From assembly GCA_038212035.1 (NCBI GenBank), contig JBBQUZ010000010.1, forward strand, positions 2,662 to 66,661: DNA of 64,000 nucleotides, read 5' to 3'. The stretch comes from Fimbriimonadales bacterium. GTDB lineage: Bacteria > Armatimonadota > Fimbriimonadia > Fimbriimonadales > Fimbriimonadaceae. The notes below the pieces were generated by a model. It was not told the DNA's origin. It worked only from the letters and a program-made list of their open reading frames with translations, and searched no databases. Shown one piece after another: positions 45,817 through 54,278 of this stretch. The translations under genes were made by a program, and so were the position numbers. Numbering within the stretch: position 1 is the first letter of the stretch; each line of letters starts with the position of its first letter.

Positions 45817-46827
45817 ATGGGCTCTTTATCAACTGAGCATAAGGTTTTGTACGAACCCAAACATATCATTGCAATGTATTATGTAGGCAACGTGGAAAAG
45901 AGCATTCTCAGTTTATATGATGAATCTGGCGAGCCTGCACGGCGACTCATTTTGGGTGAACTGCGCTCAGGTCCAAAATGCGTTGGCGATCTCGTGGAGA
46001 ACACAAAGTTGAAGCAACCCAATGTTTCGAACCACTTGTCCCGGCTGAAGGCCAAGAAAATTGTCCGGAGCCATAAAGTTGGGCGGCACGTCTACTACTC
46101 TCTCTCAAATCCCGACGTTGAGCACGCGGTGCAGTCGGTGCTAAGCGTGCCCATCCGAGAATTTGCCAACGTAGACCTTCACGCGCTCTGCTCTTCATAT
46201 GCCCACGCCGCAATTGAGGGTAAGGAACTCAAGTGCACCGAGGTCCTCGAAAACGCGTTTAGGATAGAAGCTCCCCTGATTGACATCTACTCCCAGATTC
46301 TAGAGCCCGCCATGCGGCTGATTGGTACGTGGTACACCGATGGCAAAGTGTCGATTGCTCAGGAACACTTAGCCAGCGCCATCACGGAGCGAATGATGGC
46401 AAAAGCGGCAAACCTATTTCCTCCGGCTCGTTCCGTCGGGAAGTCTGCCGTACTGGGATGCGCGGCTAACTCATGGCATACACTCGGGTTGAGAATGGTG
46501 TCTGACCTCTTGAAGCTCCGAGGATGGAATAACTATTTCTTAGGCGCAAACGTACCCACCCAAAGCTTCTGCAACACGGTGCTGGATTCCAAACCCGCCA
46601 TCGTCATGATTAGTTGCGCCTCTGAAGAGAGCGAGACGGTCACGTTGGAACTGCTTGGGGAACTGGTTTCTTTGCAACACGGTGGTGCAAATTTCAAGAT
46701 TATAATGGGCGGATTTTGGGTCAGCACCCATCCGGACCGATTCCTAATCGCGGGTGCCGATATCTGCGCCAACAATCTCCACGAGGTAGACGCACTCCTC
46801 ACGCAAGAAGTTGCCACAAGTTCATAA
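45817..46827 (+). CDS. ArsR-family winged-HTH regulator fused to a cobalamin (B12)-binding module (cap helix bundle plus Rossmann B12 domain)
   Basis: 336 aa. The ArsR HTH is RRLILGELRSGPKCVGDLVENTKLKQPNVSNHLSRLKAKKIV...HVYYSL. The B12 cap motif is IGTWYTDGKVSIAQEHLAS. The B12-binding loop is AVLGCAANSWHTLGLRMV (xHxxG with the His retained), followed by a downstream GG (IIMGGFWV). Confidence 0.75.
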   Translation: MGSLSTEHKVLYEPKHIIAMYYVGNVEKSILSLYDESGEPARRLILGELRSGPKCVGDLVENTKLKQPNVSNHLSRLKAKKIVRSHKVGRHVYYSLSNPDVEHAVQSVLSVPIREFANVDLHALCSSYAHAAIEGKELKCTEVLENAFRIEAPLIDIYSQILEPAMRLIGTWYTDGKVSIAQEHLASAITERMMAKAANLFPPARSVGKSAVLGCAANSWHTLGLRMVSDLLKLRGWNNYFLGANVPTQSFCNTVLDSKPAIVMISCASEESETVTLELLGELVSLQHGGANFKIIMGGFWVSTHPDRFLIAGADICANNLHEVDALLTQEVATSS

Positions 46828-46860
46828 GCAATCGCCCGGTTAGGTTGGAGTCGCGGGGTA

Positions 46861-46883
46861 ATTTCAAAGGTGCCCTTTGAAAT
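46861..46883 (+). terminator. hairpin downstream of the ArsR-B12 regulator gene
   Basis: A 10-bp perfect stem pairs atttcaaagg (46861-46870) with cctttgaaat (46874-46883) around a 3-nt loop. No clear U-tract follows. Confidence 0.45.
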
Positions 46884-46985
46884 ACGCATCTATAACCTAT
46901 AAAGGCAACCACAAGTATTACAGGGGTTCGCACACCCACAAGATCACCCATCACCATGATCGAAAAGAAGACAATTTAAGGGCTT

Positions 46986-47022
46986 AAATAAAAACGCCCC
47001 CCTGACCAAAATGGCCAAGGGG
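46986..47022 (-). terminator. rho-independent terminator after rplT
   Basis: On the minus strand the sequence reads CCCCTTGGCCATTTTGGTCAGGGGGGCGTTTTTATTT. This is an imperfect GC-rich stem followed by a T-run. Confidence 0.55.
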
Positions 47023-47041
47023 ACGATGATTGGATTCGCTT

Positions 47042-47401
47042 TTACGCGGCGACGGCTTTCATCGCTTGGTCCACGATCACCTTAAACGCGGGCATGTCGG
47101 CGATTGCCAACTCGCTGAGCATTTTTCGGTTGACCTGGATTCCGGCGGTGGTTAGACCGAAGATGAGGGCACTGTACTTGATGCCGCACTCGTCACAGGC
47201 ACCCGAAATTCGGGCGATCCACAGACGACGGAAATCTCGTTTCTTGGCTCGTCGGTCACGAAAGGCGTATTGCCCCGACTTCATGACCTGTTCGTGAGCC
47301 CGACTAAAGACGTTCTTCTTACGCCCCCAATATCCGGATGCACGATCGATTATCTTTTTGTGACGCTTGTGGCGCATCAGTCCGCGTTTTACGCGTGCCA
47401 T
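47042..47401 (-). CDS. rplT: 50S ribosomal protein L20
   Basis: 119 aa. The sequence MARVKRGLMRHKRHKKIIDRASGYWGRKKNVFS is a canonical L20 N-terminus. Confidence 0.95.
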   Translation of the reverse strand: MARVKRGLMRHKRHKKIIDRASGYWGRKKNVFSRAHEQVMKSGQYAFRDRRAKKRDFRRLWIARISGACDECGIKYSALIFGLTTAGIQVNRKMLSELAIADMPAFKVIVDQAMKAVAA

Positions 47402-47540
47402 TTTATTTCACCTCGTTTGACTGTTTTACCGGGTCCCAACCCTTTGATTTGACTCGAGGGCGGTAGTGGTAGAGAGTGGGCTTAAACACAAGAAAGCGAG
47501 AGGCAAAGAAAACTTTGCTTCCCGCTCCCAAGGTTGCGGC

Positions 47541-47735
47541 CTACATGACGAGAAGACGCTTAATACGCTTCTGCTCGCCCCTAAATATCTCCGGTTCCTG
47601 CTCCAGCCGGCGCTTCCGCGACGCTTTCTTGTGCAAGAACTGGTGATTGTTGTGCGACTTCCGGCGCAGGATTTTTCCCGTCCCGCTGATTTTGAACCGT
47701 TTTGCCGCTGTTTTGTTTGTTTTGATCTTTGGCAT
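47541..47735 (-). CDS. rpmI: 50S ribosomal protein L35
   Basis: 64 aa. The sequence MPKIKTNKTAAKRFKISGTGKILRRKSHNNH is a canonical L35 N-terminus. Confidence 0.9.
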   Translation of the reverse strand: MPKIKTNKTAAKRFKISGTGKILRRKSHNNHQFLHKKASRKRRLEQEPEIFRGEQKRIKRLLVM

Positions 47736-48285
47736 CTTTCTTCTTTCCCGTGTTCGGTTTCGGCACGAGAACCATGATCATCATTTTCCCGTCTAGGGTT
47801 GGGACTCTCTCCACAACCGCCAGATCGACGCATCGCTCAGCAAAGATGTCAAGCTTTTTACGTCCAAGTTCCGGGTGAGTGACCTCACGCGCTTTGAACA
47901 TGCAGGTGACTTTTACTTTATGGCCTTCCTCCAAGAACTTGGTAGCCTTGGTTACGCCGGTCGCTAGGTCGTGCTCTGCAATTCGAGGGCTTATCTTTAT
48001 ACCCTTTACTTCTTGCTGTTTGCTCTTCTTATCCTTACCAGACTTTCCTTCCAGATACTTATGCCGACCGTAGTCGATAATCTTGCACACGGGAGGGACC
48101 GCGGTGGGAGACACCATAACCAGGTCTAGCCCCTGATCTTTGGCAATTCCCAATGCTTGGCGGCTCTGTAGGATGCCAAGTTGGCCTCCATCCGAGTCGA
48201 TAACGCGAACATCGCGAAATCTCAATATGCGTTCATTTACCGGGGGACCCGGATCGGGGCGTGTATCTCTTCTGAATCCTGCTAT
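47581..48285 (-). CDS. infC: translation initiation factor IF-3, with a probable non-canonical ATA start and a C-terminal extension
   Basis: The ORF track starts at the TTG at 48225 (MRFRDVRVID...). The in-frame upstream codons encode IAGFRRDTRPDPGPPVNERI, which includes the conserved IF-3 N-terminal NE.I segment. The ATA at 48285-48283 is preceded by GAGGTG with a 7-nt spacer. An in-frame TGA lies just upstream. The core motifs PPVCKIIDYG and MMIMVLVPK are present. Confidence 0.85.
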   Translation of the reverse strand: MAGFRRDTRPDPGPPVNERILRFRDVRVIDSDGGQLGILQSRQALGIAKDQGLDLVMVSPTAVPPVCKIIDYGRHKYLEGKSGKDKKSKQQEVKGIKISPRIAEHDLATGVTKATKFLEEGHKVKVTCMFKAREVTHPELGRKKLDIFAERCVDLAVVERVPTLDGKMMIMVLVPKPNTGKKKDAKDQNKQNSGKTVQNQRDGKNPAPEVAQQSPVLAQESVAEAPAGAGTGDI

Positions 48286-48420
48286 GTTTGTTCACCTCGG
48301 CTGTCGTACCGACAACGTTTAAGTATATCTTCAGTTGAACCCACTGTCAAACTTAGTGGGCATTTTAAAGTTGTACCGTTTTGACGCCGGATAGGTAATC
48401 TCAGTTCGGTTGAGAGTTCT

Positions 48421-50592
48421 ATGCGAGTGAAAAACGTTTGCGTCATTGGAGCCGGCACCATGGGAGGCGGGATTGCATCACACCTGGCTAACCTGGGGAT
48501 TGGCGTTACATTACTTGATACCACGGTAAAGACGGCTCAAGCCGGACTCAAGCGTGCCCTAAACGCTCAGCCACCTTGCATTTATTTAGAAGATAGAGCC
48601 GCCGGAATTCGGCTTGGCGGCGTGGATGAGCACTTAGCCTGGGTCTCCGAGGCCGATTGGGTCATCGAAGCCGTTTATGAAAGTGCAGATGTCAAGAAGG
48701 CACTCTACGCCCAACTCGACCCCCTGTTGGCTCCAGACACGTTGATTTCAACCAATACAAGCGGTTTGCCGCTTTTGGAGTTAGCCCAGGGTCGTTCCCC
48801 GAGTTTTCGAAAACGATTTATTGGAACCCACTTTTTCAATCCCCCCCGGTATCTCAAACTTCTGGAACTGATACCGACCGCGGATACAGACCCAGAAATC
48901 TTACACAGCATGCGCGAATTGCTGGAATCGCAGATTGCCAAGCGTGTCGTAATCGCCCGAGACACCCCTGGCTTTATCGCTAATCGTTTTGGAATGTGGT
49001 CAATCTACGCGGCCATGCATGTGGCAGAGCAGCTCCAACTTTCCGTAGAAGCCACGGACGCGATCACGGGACCCTTTATCGGTCGCCCCAAAAGTGGGAC
49101 ATTTCGGCTCGGCGACATCGTCGGTCTCGACGTGATGTCGGCGATTGCCCAAGGCTTAATTGAACGCTGCCCAGACGATCCACACCTAAGCTTCCTGCAG
49201 CCTCCAAAATCGGTCATGACATTGTTGGATCGCGGCTGGATCGGTGACAAGTCTGGTCAAGGGTTTTATCGCCGCGAAGGGCGGGAATTCTTGGCCCTAG
49301 ACCTCACCACGATGGCCTACCGCCCCCAGCAAGAGCCCCAACTGCCCTCTCTCATTGAGCTGGCAAAGGTTCCCCTAGTTGAGAGGATCGAGCGGGCGCT
49401 GATTGCGAAAGATGAAACGGGAGAGTTCTTGAGGAACTATCTCATCCCCACTTTGCAATACGCAGAATATTTACGAGAGCGCGTTAGCCACAGCGCCGCG
49501 GATTTTGATCGGGTGATGATGTGGGGCTTTGGATGGGAAATGGGTCCGTTTGCGCTCATCGACGCCCTGCAAGACTCGGTTCCGCGGTCAATTGCCAGAC
49601 CCGCCACCCCATATTATCAATCGGGGAACAGCCTCGGCGTGAATCATGCATGGGTCGAGTCACCCATTGAACCAGAATACCAAGGCATTCGGGATTATCC
49701 AGAAATGTCTCGATTTGATGGGTTTGTTACGCGAGATCTGGGTGATTCTGTTACCGCGATTTCCATCACAACCAAGATGGGAGTACTCAGCAAGGAACTG
49801 ATCGCGGACCTCACCCACGTCATTCAAAATCATCCACAAGGTCGATATGTTTTAACCAGTGAGGCAAAGGCGTTTTCCGCGGGTTTCGACCTCGAGTATT
49901 TCAATCAGTGCATCCAGCAGAACCGTTTAGAGGAGCTGACTTTGGCGCTGATAGACCTTCAGCAACTTGGGGAACTTTTTGAAAGGACCAAGATTGTTGC
50001 CGCAATTTACGGACATTGCTTAGGAGGAGGCTTGGAACTTGCACTTTCTTGTCCCACCCTGCTGGCCCAGGCGGAAACCAAAATTGGCCTTCCAGAAGTA
50101 AAAGTTGGCGTGATTCCCGCGGGCCGCGGAACCACTCTCATGAGGCTGAATGCCCAATCAAGTGCCAAGCGCTTAGCGGAGGTTGCCATGACATTAGCTC
50201 AAGGAACGATATCCACCAGTGCCGATCATGCCCGTGCTTTGGGATACCTAAGACCCTCCGACATCACCGTTTATCACCCCGATCGATTGATCACCGATGC
50301 TAAACAGGCCGCGCTTACCGTCAAGCCCACGATGGCACCCGAATGGAAATCTGTTGAGGGCCCACTGGCGGGCATCATTGATCAGGCCCTCCGAGCCGGG
50401 GTGACCTCGGGAACGCTTACCGAATACGACGCTGTGGTGGCAGAGAGAATTGCCCATATCTTTGCCAAATCCACTTCCTATGAAGGGGCCATCACGCGGG
50501 AAAGGGAGGAATTTGTAAGTCTCTGTGAAAAGGCTTTTACTTTGGCCAGAATCCGACATATGCGGGAAACCAACAAGCCTTTACGCAATTGA
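48421..50592 (+). CDS. bifunctional 3-hydroxyacyl-CoA dehydrogenase / enoyl-CoA hydratase (FadN-type domain order)
   Basis: 723 aa. The N-terminal NAD fold is VCVIGAGTMGGGIA, followed by a 3HCDH C-domain. The C-terminal crotonase fold shows AFSAGFDL...GHCLGGGLELALSC. Confidence 0.9.
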   Translation: MRVKNVCVIGAGTMGGGIASHLANLGIGVTLLDTTVKTAQAGLKRALNAQPPCIYLEDRAAGIRLGGVDEHLAWVSEADWVIEAVYESADVKKALYAQLDPLLAPDTLISTNTSGLPLLELAQGRSPSFRKRFIGTHFFNPPRYLKLLELIPTADTDPEILHSMRELLESQIAKRVVIARDTPGFIANRFGMWSIYAAMHVAEQLQLSVEATDAITGPFIGRPKSGTFRLGDIVGLDVMSAIAQGLIERCPDDPHLSFLQPPKSVMTLLDRGWIGDKSGQGFYRREGREFLALDLTTMAYRPQQEPQLPSLIELAKVPLVERIERALIAKDETGEFLRNYLIPTLQYAEYLRERVSHSAADFDRVMMWGFGWEMGPFALIDALQDSVPRSIARPATPYYQSGNSLGVNHAWVESPIEPEYQGIRDYPEMSRFDGFVTRDLGDSVTAISITTKMGVLSKELIADLTHVIQNHPQGRYVLTSEAKAFSAGFDLEYFNQCIQQNRLEELTLALIDLQQLGELFERTKIVAAIYGHCLGGGLELALSCPTLLAQAETKIGLPEVKVGVIPAGRGTTLMRLNAQSSAKRLAEVAMTLAQGTISTSADHARALGYLRPSDITVYHPDRLITDAKQAALTVKPTMAPEWKSVEGPLAGIIDQALRAGVTSGTLTEYDAVVAERIAHIFAKSTSYEGAITREREEFVSLCEKAFTLARIRHMRETNKPLRN

Positions 50593-50675
50593 TGCTTCCA
50601 ATTAACCCCGTGATTGCACTATGCTGGATAGATCCATGCTGGATAGAATGGAGAAAGGCAATCGCCCGGTAAACC

Positions 50676-51413
50676 ATGCGCATCCTAGTTCCTCTCAAGC
50701 GGGTTGTTGATCCTTACGCCAAAGTTAAGCCACTTGGTGACGGATCAGGCTTATCAACCCAAGGTCTAAAATTCGAGATCAACCCCTTTGACGAAATTGC
50801 AATCGAGGAATCGGTCCGCCTCCGAGAAAAGCTTGGCAACACGGAAATCATCGTGATCTCAATCGGTTCGCCTGAGTGCGAGGAGCAACTACGAAAGGCC
50901 TTGGCCATGGGGGCAGATCAAGCGATTCTCGTAGAAACCACCGACATCTTTGACTCGCCATCAGTAGCCGATGAACTTAATGCCTGGGTTCTCAAGCTAG
51001 AGCCAAACCTCGTTTTGATGGGTAAGCAAGCTACCGATGACGACTGCAATCAAGTGGGGCAAATGTTAGCCGCCAAGCTCAATTGGCCTCAAGCAACGTT
51101 TGCATCCAAGATTGAGGTCAACGGAAGCCAAGTCCTCGTCACCCGGGAGACGGACACCGGTGATGAGGTCCTGCAATTAGACTTACCCGCCGTCATCACG
51201 GCGGATTTACGGCTGAACGAGCCTCGATACATTGCTTTGCCCGGAATCATCAAGGCGCGATCCAAACCTTTGGACTGCCAGGCACCATTAGCCACGCCGC
51301 GTTTGAGAACTCGAATCCTCTCCTATTGCGAACCACCTCCCCGCATCGCGGGGCAAAAAGTAGACAGTGTTGATGCCCTCATCTTAGCCATCAAAGCCCG
51401 AGGAGCATTGTAA
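50676..51413 (+). CDS. etfB: electron transfer flavoprotein, beta subunit
   Basis: 245 aa. The sequence MRILVPLKRVVDPYAKVKP...INPFDEIAIEE...MGKQATDDDCNQVGQMLA is typical of EtfB. Confidence 0.9.
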   Translation: MRILVPLKRVVDPYAKVKPLGDGSGLSTQGLKFEINPFDEIAIEESVRLREKLGNTEIIVISIGSPECEEQLRKALAMGADQAILVETTDIFDSPSVADELNAWVLKLEPNLVLMGKQATDDDCNQVGQMLAAKLNWPQATFASKIEVNGSQVLVTRETDTGDEVLQLDLPAVITADLRLNEPRYIALPGIIKARSKPLDCQAPLATPRLRTRILSYCEPPPRIAGQKVDSVDALILAIKARGAL

Positions 51414-52306
51414 TGGCGGAACTCTTAGCCATTTGCTTTAAGGCGCACGAGGCGTTTCCTTTGGCGGGTTTAGCCGCCAAGCTCGGTAAGTCTTTTGATT
51501 TGCTCCTTCTTACTGGAGCGGTGCCCCAAGGCCATGGTGCAGAGAGAATTTTCACGGCAGAACTCCAAGAAATCCCTCCCGCAGATGGCATTGGATCTCC
51601 ATTGGCAACGTTTTCAAAGCCTTACCGCTACATCGTAGCGGCTTCTTCTATGCAGAGCAAGGACGTGCTTGGCCGGCTGGCCGGGTTATTGGATGCTTCA
51701 ATGATTACCGATGTCATCTCGGTGGATTCCGCAACCCAGTTCAAACGCCCGATTCTTGCCGGCGCGGTTATTGCCGTGGTTGAGGTTCTGGAATTCCCGG
51801 TTGTGATTACAGCTCGGACGGCAGGGTTTGCCGCTCCGGAGTCCCAACCCGATTCTCCCGTCGAAGCCATCTCGGTCGCGGTCGCTACGATGTCTAGATT
51901 GGTCTCAAGAAACGCACGAAGCGGCAGCCGTCCAGACCTAACCCAAGCGCGGGTCGTGGTCACGGGGGGACGTCCGCTTAAAAATTCCGCGACCTTTGAA
52001 TCCGTCATCGGGGGCCTGGCCGATGCTCTGGGGGGAGCAGTAGGAGCCACGCGCGCCGCGGTAGATTCAGGAATTGCTCCCAACGAACTCCAAGTGGGGC
52101 AAACCGGCAAGATCGTGGCCCCCGACTTGTACATTGCGGCGGGCGTCTCCGGTTCTACCCAGCATATGGCGGGAATCAAAGATAGCAAACTAATTGTTGC
52201 GATCAACAAAGACCCCGAAGCCCCAATCTTTGAAGTTGCCGACCTCGGTCTGGTGGCGGACCTTTTCGACGCCCTGCCGGAACTCCAGAAAAAGTTAACG
52301 CCGTAG
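51413..52306 (+). CDS. etfA: electron transfer flavoprotein, alpha subunit
   Basis: 297 aa. The FAD-binding C-terminus is VGATRAAVDSGIAPNELQVGQTGKIVAPDLYIAAGVSGSTQHMAG. The start overlaps the etfB stop. Confidence 0.9.
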   Translation: MAELLAICFKAHEAFPLAGLAAKLGKSFDLLLLTGAVPQGHGAERIFTAELQEIPPADGIGSPLATFSKPYRYIVAASSMQSKDVLGRLAGLLDASMITDVISVDSATQFKRPILAGAVIAVVEVLEFPVVITARTAGFAAPESQPDSPVEAISVAVATMSRLVSRNARSGSRPDLTQARVVVTGGRPLKNSATFESVIGGLADALGGAVGATRAAVDSGIAPNELQVGQTGKIVAPDLYIAAGVSGSTQHMAGIKDSKLIVAINKDPEAPIFEVADLGLVADLFDALPELQKKLTP

Positions 52307-52341
52307 TCTCCCTTACGGGTATCCGTCAAATCAACAACACT

Positions 52342-53307
52342 ATGAAACTTGCTCCTTTCGCCCTTCTAGTCCTCGTCAACCTCGCCCATGCACAAATCGA
52401 CCCAAACCGAGTGGTTGTGAGTGTAAATGGTGAGGAGATTAAGGGGGCCGAGTATTACCACCGCATGGAATTTCTCCCCGGAGTGGGTAAGCGGATGGGG
52501 GCCAACTTCAGCGAATTCCCGCCCGGCTTTCTTACTCTTGACCAACTCATTACGGAAAAATTGGTCCTGCAGCTTGCCAAAGAAAAAGGAGCATTGCCAA
52601 GCGACTTAGAAATCACCAACGAGATTTCGATCAAGAAAGAGGAGAATCCCAATTTGCTCAGTCTCTGGATCTCGTCGGGGCGATCTGAGGAAGACCTGAA
52701 GAATCAAATGCGGTACGAGCTCGCCCAATTTAAGCTCCAGACCTTTGGTATTAGCAAGACGGATCAAGAGGTAGAGGCCTACTACACCGCAAATCCGGAG
52801 CAGTTCATTAATCCCAAACAAATGAAGCTCCGGTTGATCGCGGTTTTATCTGCCGCAGATAAAACCCAGGTTGACGCAGACCTTACAGCGGGAAAGGCAT
52901 TTACCGAAGTCGCCAAGGCCAAGAGTGCAGATGCGAGCAAAATCTCGGGAGGAGACTACGGAACGGTTCCGGTTACCACCCTAGGCGCCGGACTCAAAGA
53001 GGCTTTGGCCACGGTAAAGATTGGCGAAACTAGCAAATGGATTGAAACCAAGGTGGGTGATCAGCCCGCATTCATCAAATTCTTAGTGGAGAACATCCTT
53101 CCCGAAGAGAAGCTAGAACTCACCCCCAAACTTAAGCGGGCATGGCGACGCAAGCTCATGCTTCAGGCCGGTTCGGTAAAGAACAACTTGGAAGCAGACA
53201 TGAAAGAAATGCGTAAGCGGTCTAAAATTGATATCAAGCAGAAAGAATTTGCCGAGCCGTATCAGAAATTCATTGATTCGTTTCTCAAGCAGGGGTCAAG
53301 TAACTAA
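52342..53307 (+). CDS. secreted parvulin-type peptidyl-prolyl isomerase (SurA/PrsA-like)
   Basis: 321 aa. The signal peptide is MKLAPFALLVLVNLAHA. A SurA-N-like helical region is followed by a PpiC-type rotamase segment (LRLIAV...SGGDYGTVP). Confidence 0.7.
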   Translation: MKLAPFALLVLVNLAHAQIDPNRVVVSVNGEEIKGAEYYHRMEFLPGVGKRMGANFSEFPPGFLTLDQLITEKLVLQLAKEKGALPSDLEITNEISIKKEENPNLLSLWISSGRSEEDLKNQMRYELAQFKLQTFGISKTDQEVEAYYTANPEQFINPKQMKLRLIAVLSAADKTQVDADLTAGKAFTEVAKAKSADASKISGGDYGTVPVTTLGAGLKEALATVKIGETSKWIETKVGDQPAFIKFLVENILPEEKLELTPKLKRAWRRKLMLQAGSVKNNLEADMKEMRKRSKIDIKQKEFAEPYQKFIDSFLKQGSSN

Positions 53308-53309
53308 AA

Positions 53310-54278
53310 GTGATTGAGGTGATCGCGGTTCCCGCCGGGGCCAATCTCAGGGAAATAGGGCTGAGTCTGGCGGGCCGAGAGGTTTACGTTCACGGCGCGG
53401 AAGCAGGGGATGCGAGGGTCATTGCTCTCAATCTTGAACCTCATTACTTTCAAAGTGGATCTTTGCCCGATGGGGTGATCCTTCTGCTCTTTCCCAGCTA
53501 TACCGAAGAACTTATCCAAGTGGTGGACCGACTGCTTGGGCCGGGTGGGTGTCCGTGGGACCAGGCTCAGACGCATGCCAGCCTTCGCAAATACCTCATT
53601 GAAGAGGCCTACGAGGTCCTTGAGGCCATTGATGATGGCAACTCTGACCTGCTTAAGGAAGAGTTGGGCGATCTCTTGCTCCAACCCGTTATGCACGGCC
53701 AAATGGCCAACCGAGACGGGATATTTTCGACCGAAGACGTTGCAAAAGGGATAGTCGATAAGCTCATCCGTCGCCACCCTCACGTTTTTGGCAATGTGAT
53801 TGCCGATGACACCGAGGAAGTGTTGCGAAACTGGGACAAGATCAAGCAAGCGGAAAAGGGAAACCAGATTGCCAGCATTTTGGGCAACATTCCTAAAGGC
53901 ATGCCTTCCCTACTCCGCGCTCACGAAGTAAGTAAGCGCGCCGCCCGGTGCGGATTTGAATGGCCAGACCTTGAAGGCGTGTTTGCGAAGCTGGAAGAAG
54001 AGAAACATGAGCTTCGCGAGGCTATTTCAGGGGGTGACGGAGCCGAAATTGAATCCGAGATCGGCGATATTTTGTTCACGGTGGTAAATCTTGCGCGTTG
54101 GCTCAAGGTGGATCCAGAAGAAGCCCTGCGACATATGGTGACTCGCTTTGTTAAGCGTTTCCAAACGATGGAGTCAATCACCCAGATCCCGCTCGCAGAG
54201 TTGTCACCCGCTGCTTGGGAAGGCTTGTGGCAACGGGCAAAGCTAACGACCCAATTTGATTCCGTAAGTCAACCATGA
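53310..54278 (+). CDS. mazG: nucleoside triphosphate pyrophosphohydrolase MazG (tandem MazG domains)
   Basis: 322 aa. CPWDQAQTHASLRKYLIEEAYEVLEAID...ELGDLLLQ is the first domain. EEKHELREAI...EIGDILFTVVNLAR is the second. Confidence 0.85.
   Translation: MIEVIAVPAGANLREIGLSLAGREVYVHGAEAGDARVIALNLEPHYFQSGSLPDGVILLLFPSYTEELIQVVDRLLGPGGCPWDQAQTHASLRKYLIEEAYEVLEAIDDGNSDLLKEELGDLLLQPVMHGQMANRDGIFSTEDVAKGIVDKLIRRHPHVFGNVIADDTEEVLRNWDKIKQAEKGNQIASILGNIPKGMPSLLRAHEVSKRAARCGFEWPDLEGVFAKLEEEKHELREAISGGDGAEIESEIGDILFTVVNLARWLKVDPEEALRHMVTRFVKRFQTMESITQIPLAELSPAAWEGLWQRAKLTTQFDSVSQP

Noticed and set aside
47426-47833. 135-aa minus-strand ORF in the third frame over rpmI and the infC tail
   Set aside because: The translation is Arg/Ser-rich with no family resemblance. 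The region is already accounted for by rpmI and the infC frame. It is open probably because the Lys/Arg-rich coding sequence is poor in stop-forming triplets.
51628-52329. 233-aa minus-strand ORF
   Set aside because: It is antisense to etfA. The Ala/Ser/Thr/Pro-rich translation is an artefact.
53304-53849. 181-aa minus-strand ORF
   Set aside because: It is antisense to mazG, whose tandem EExxE/D motifs are clear.
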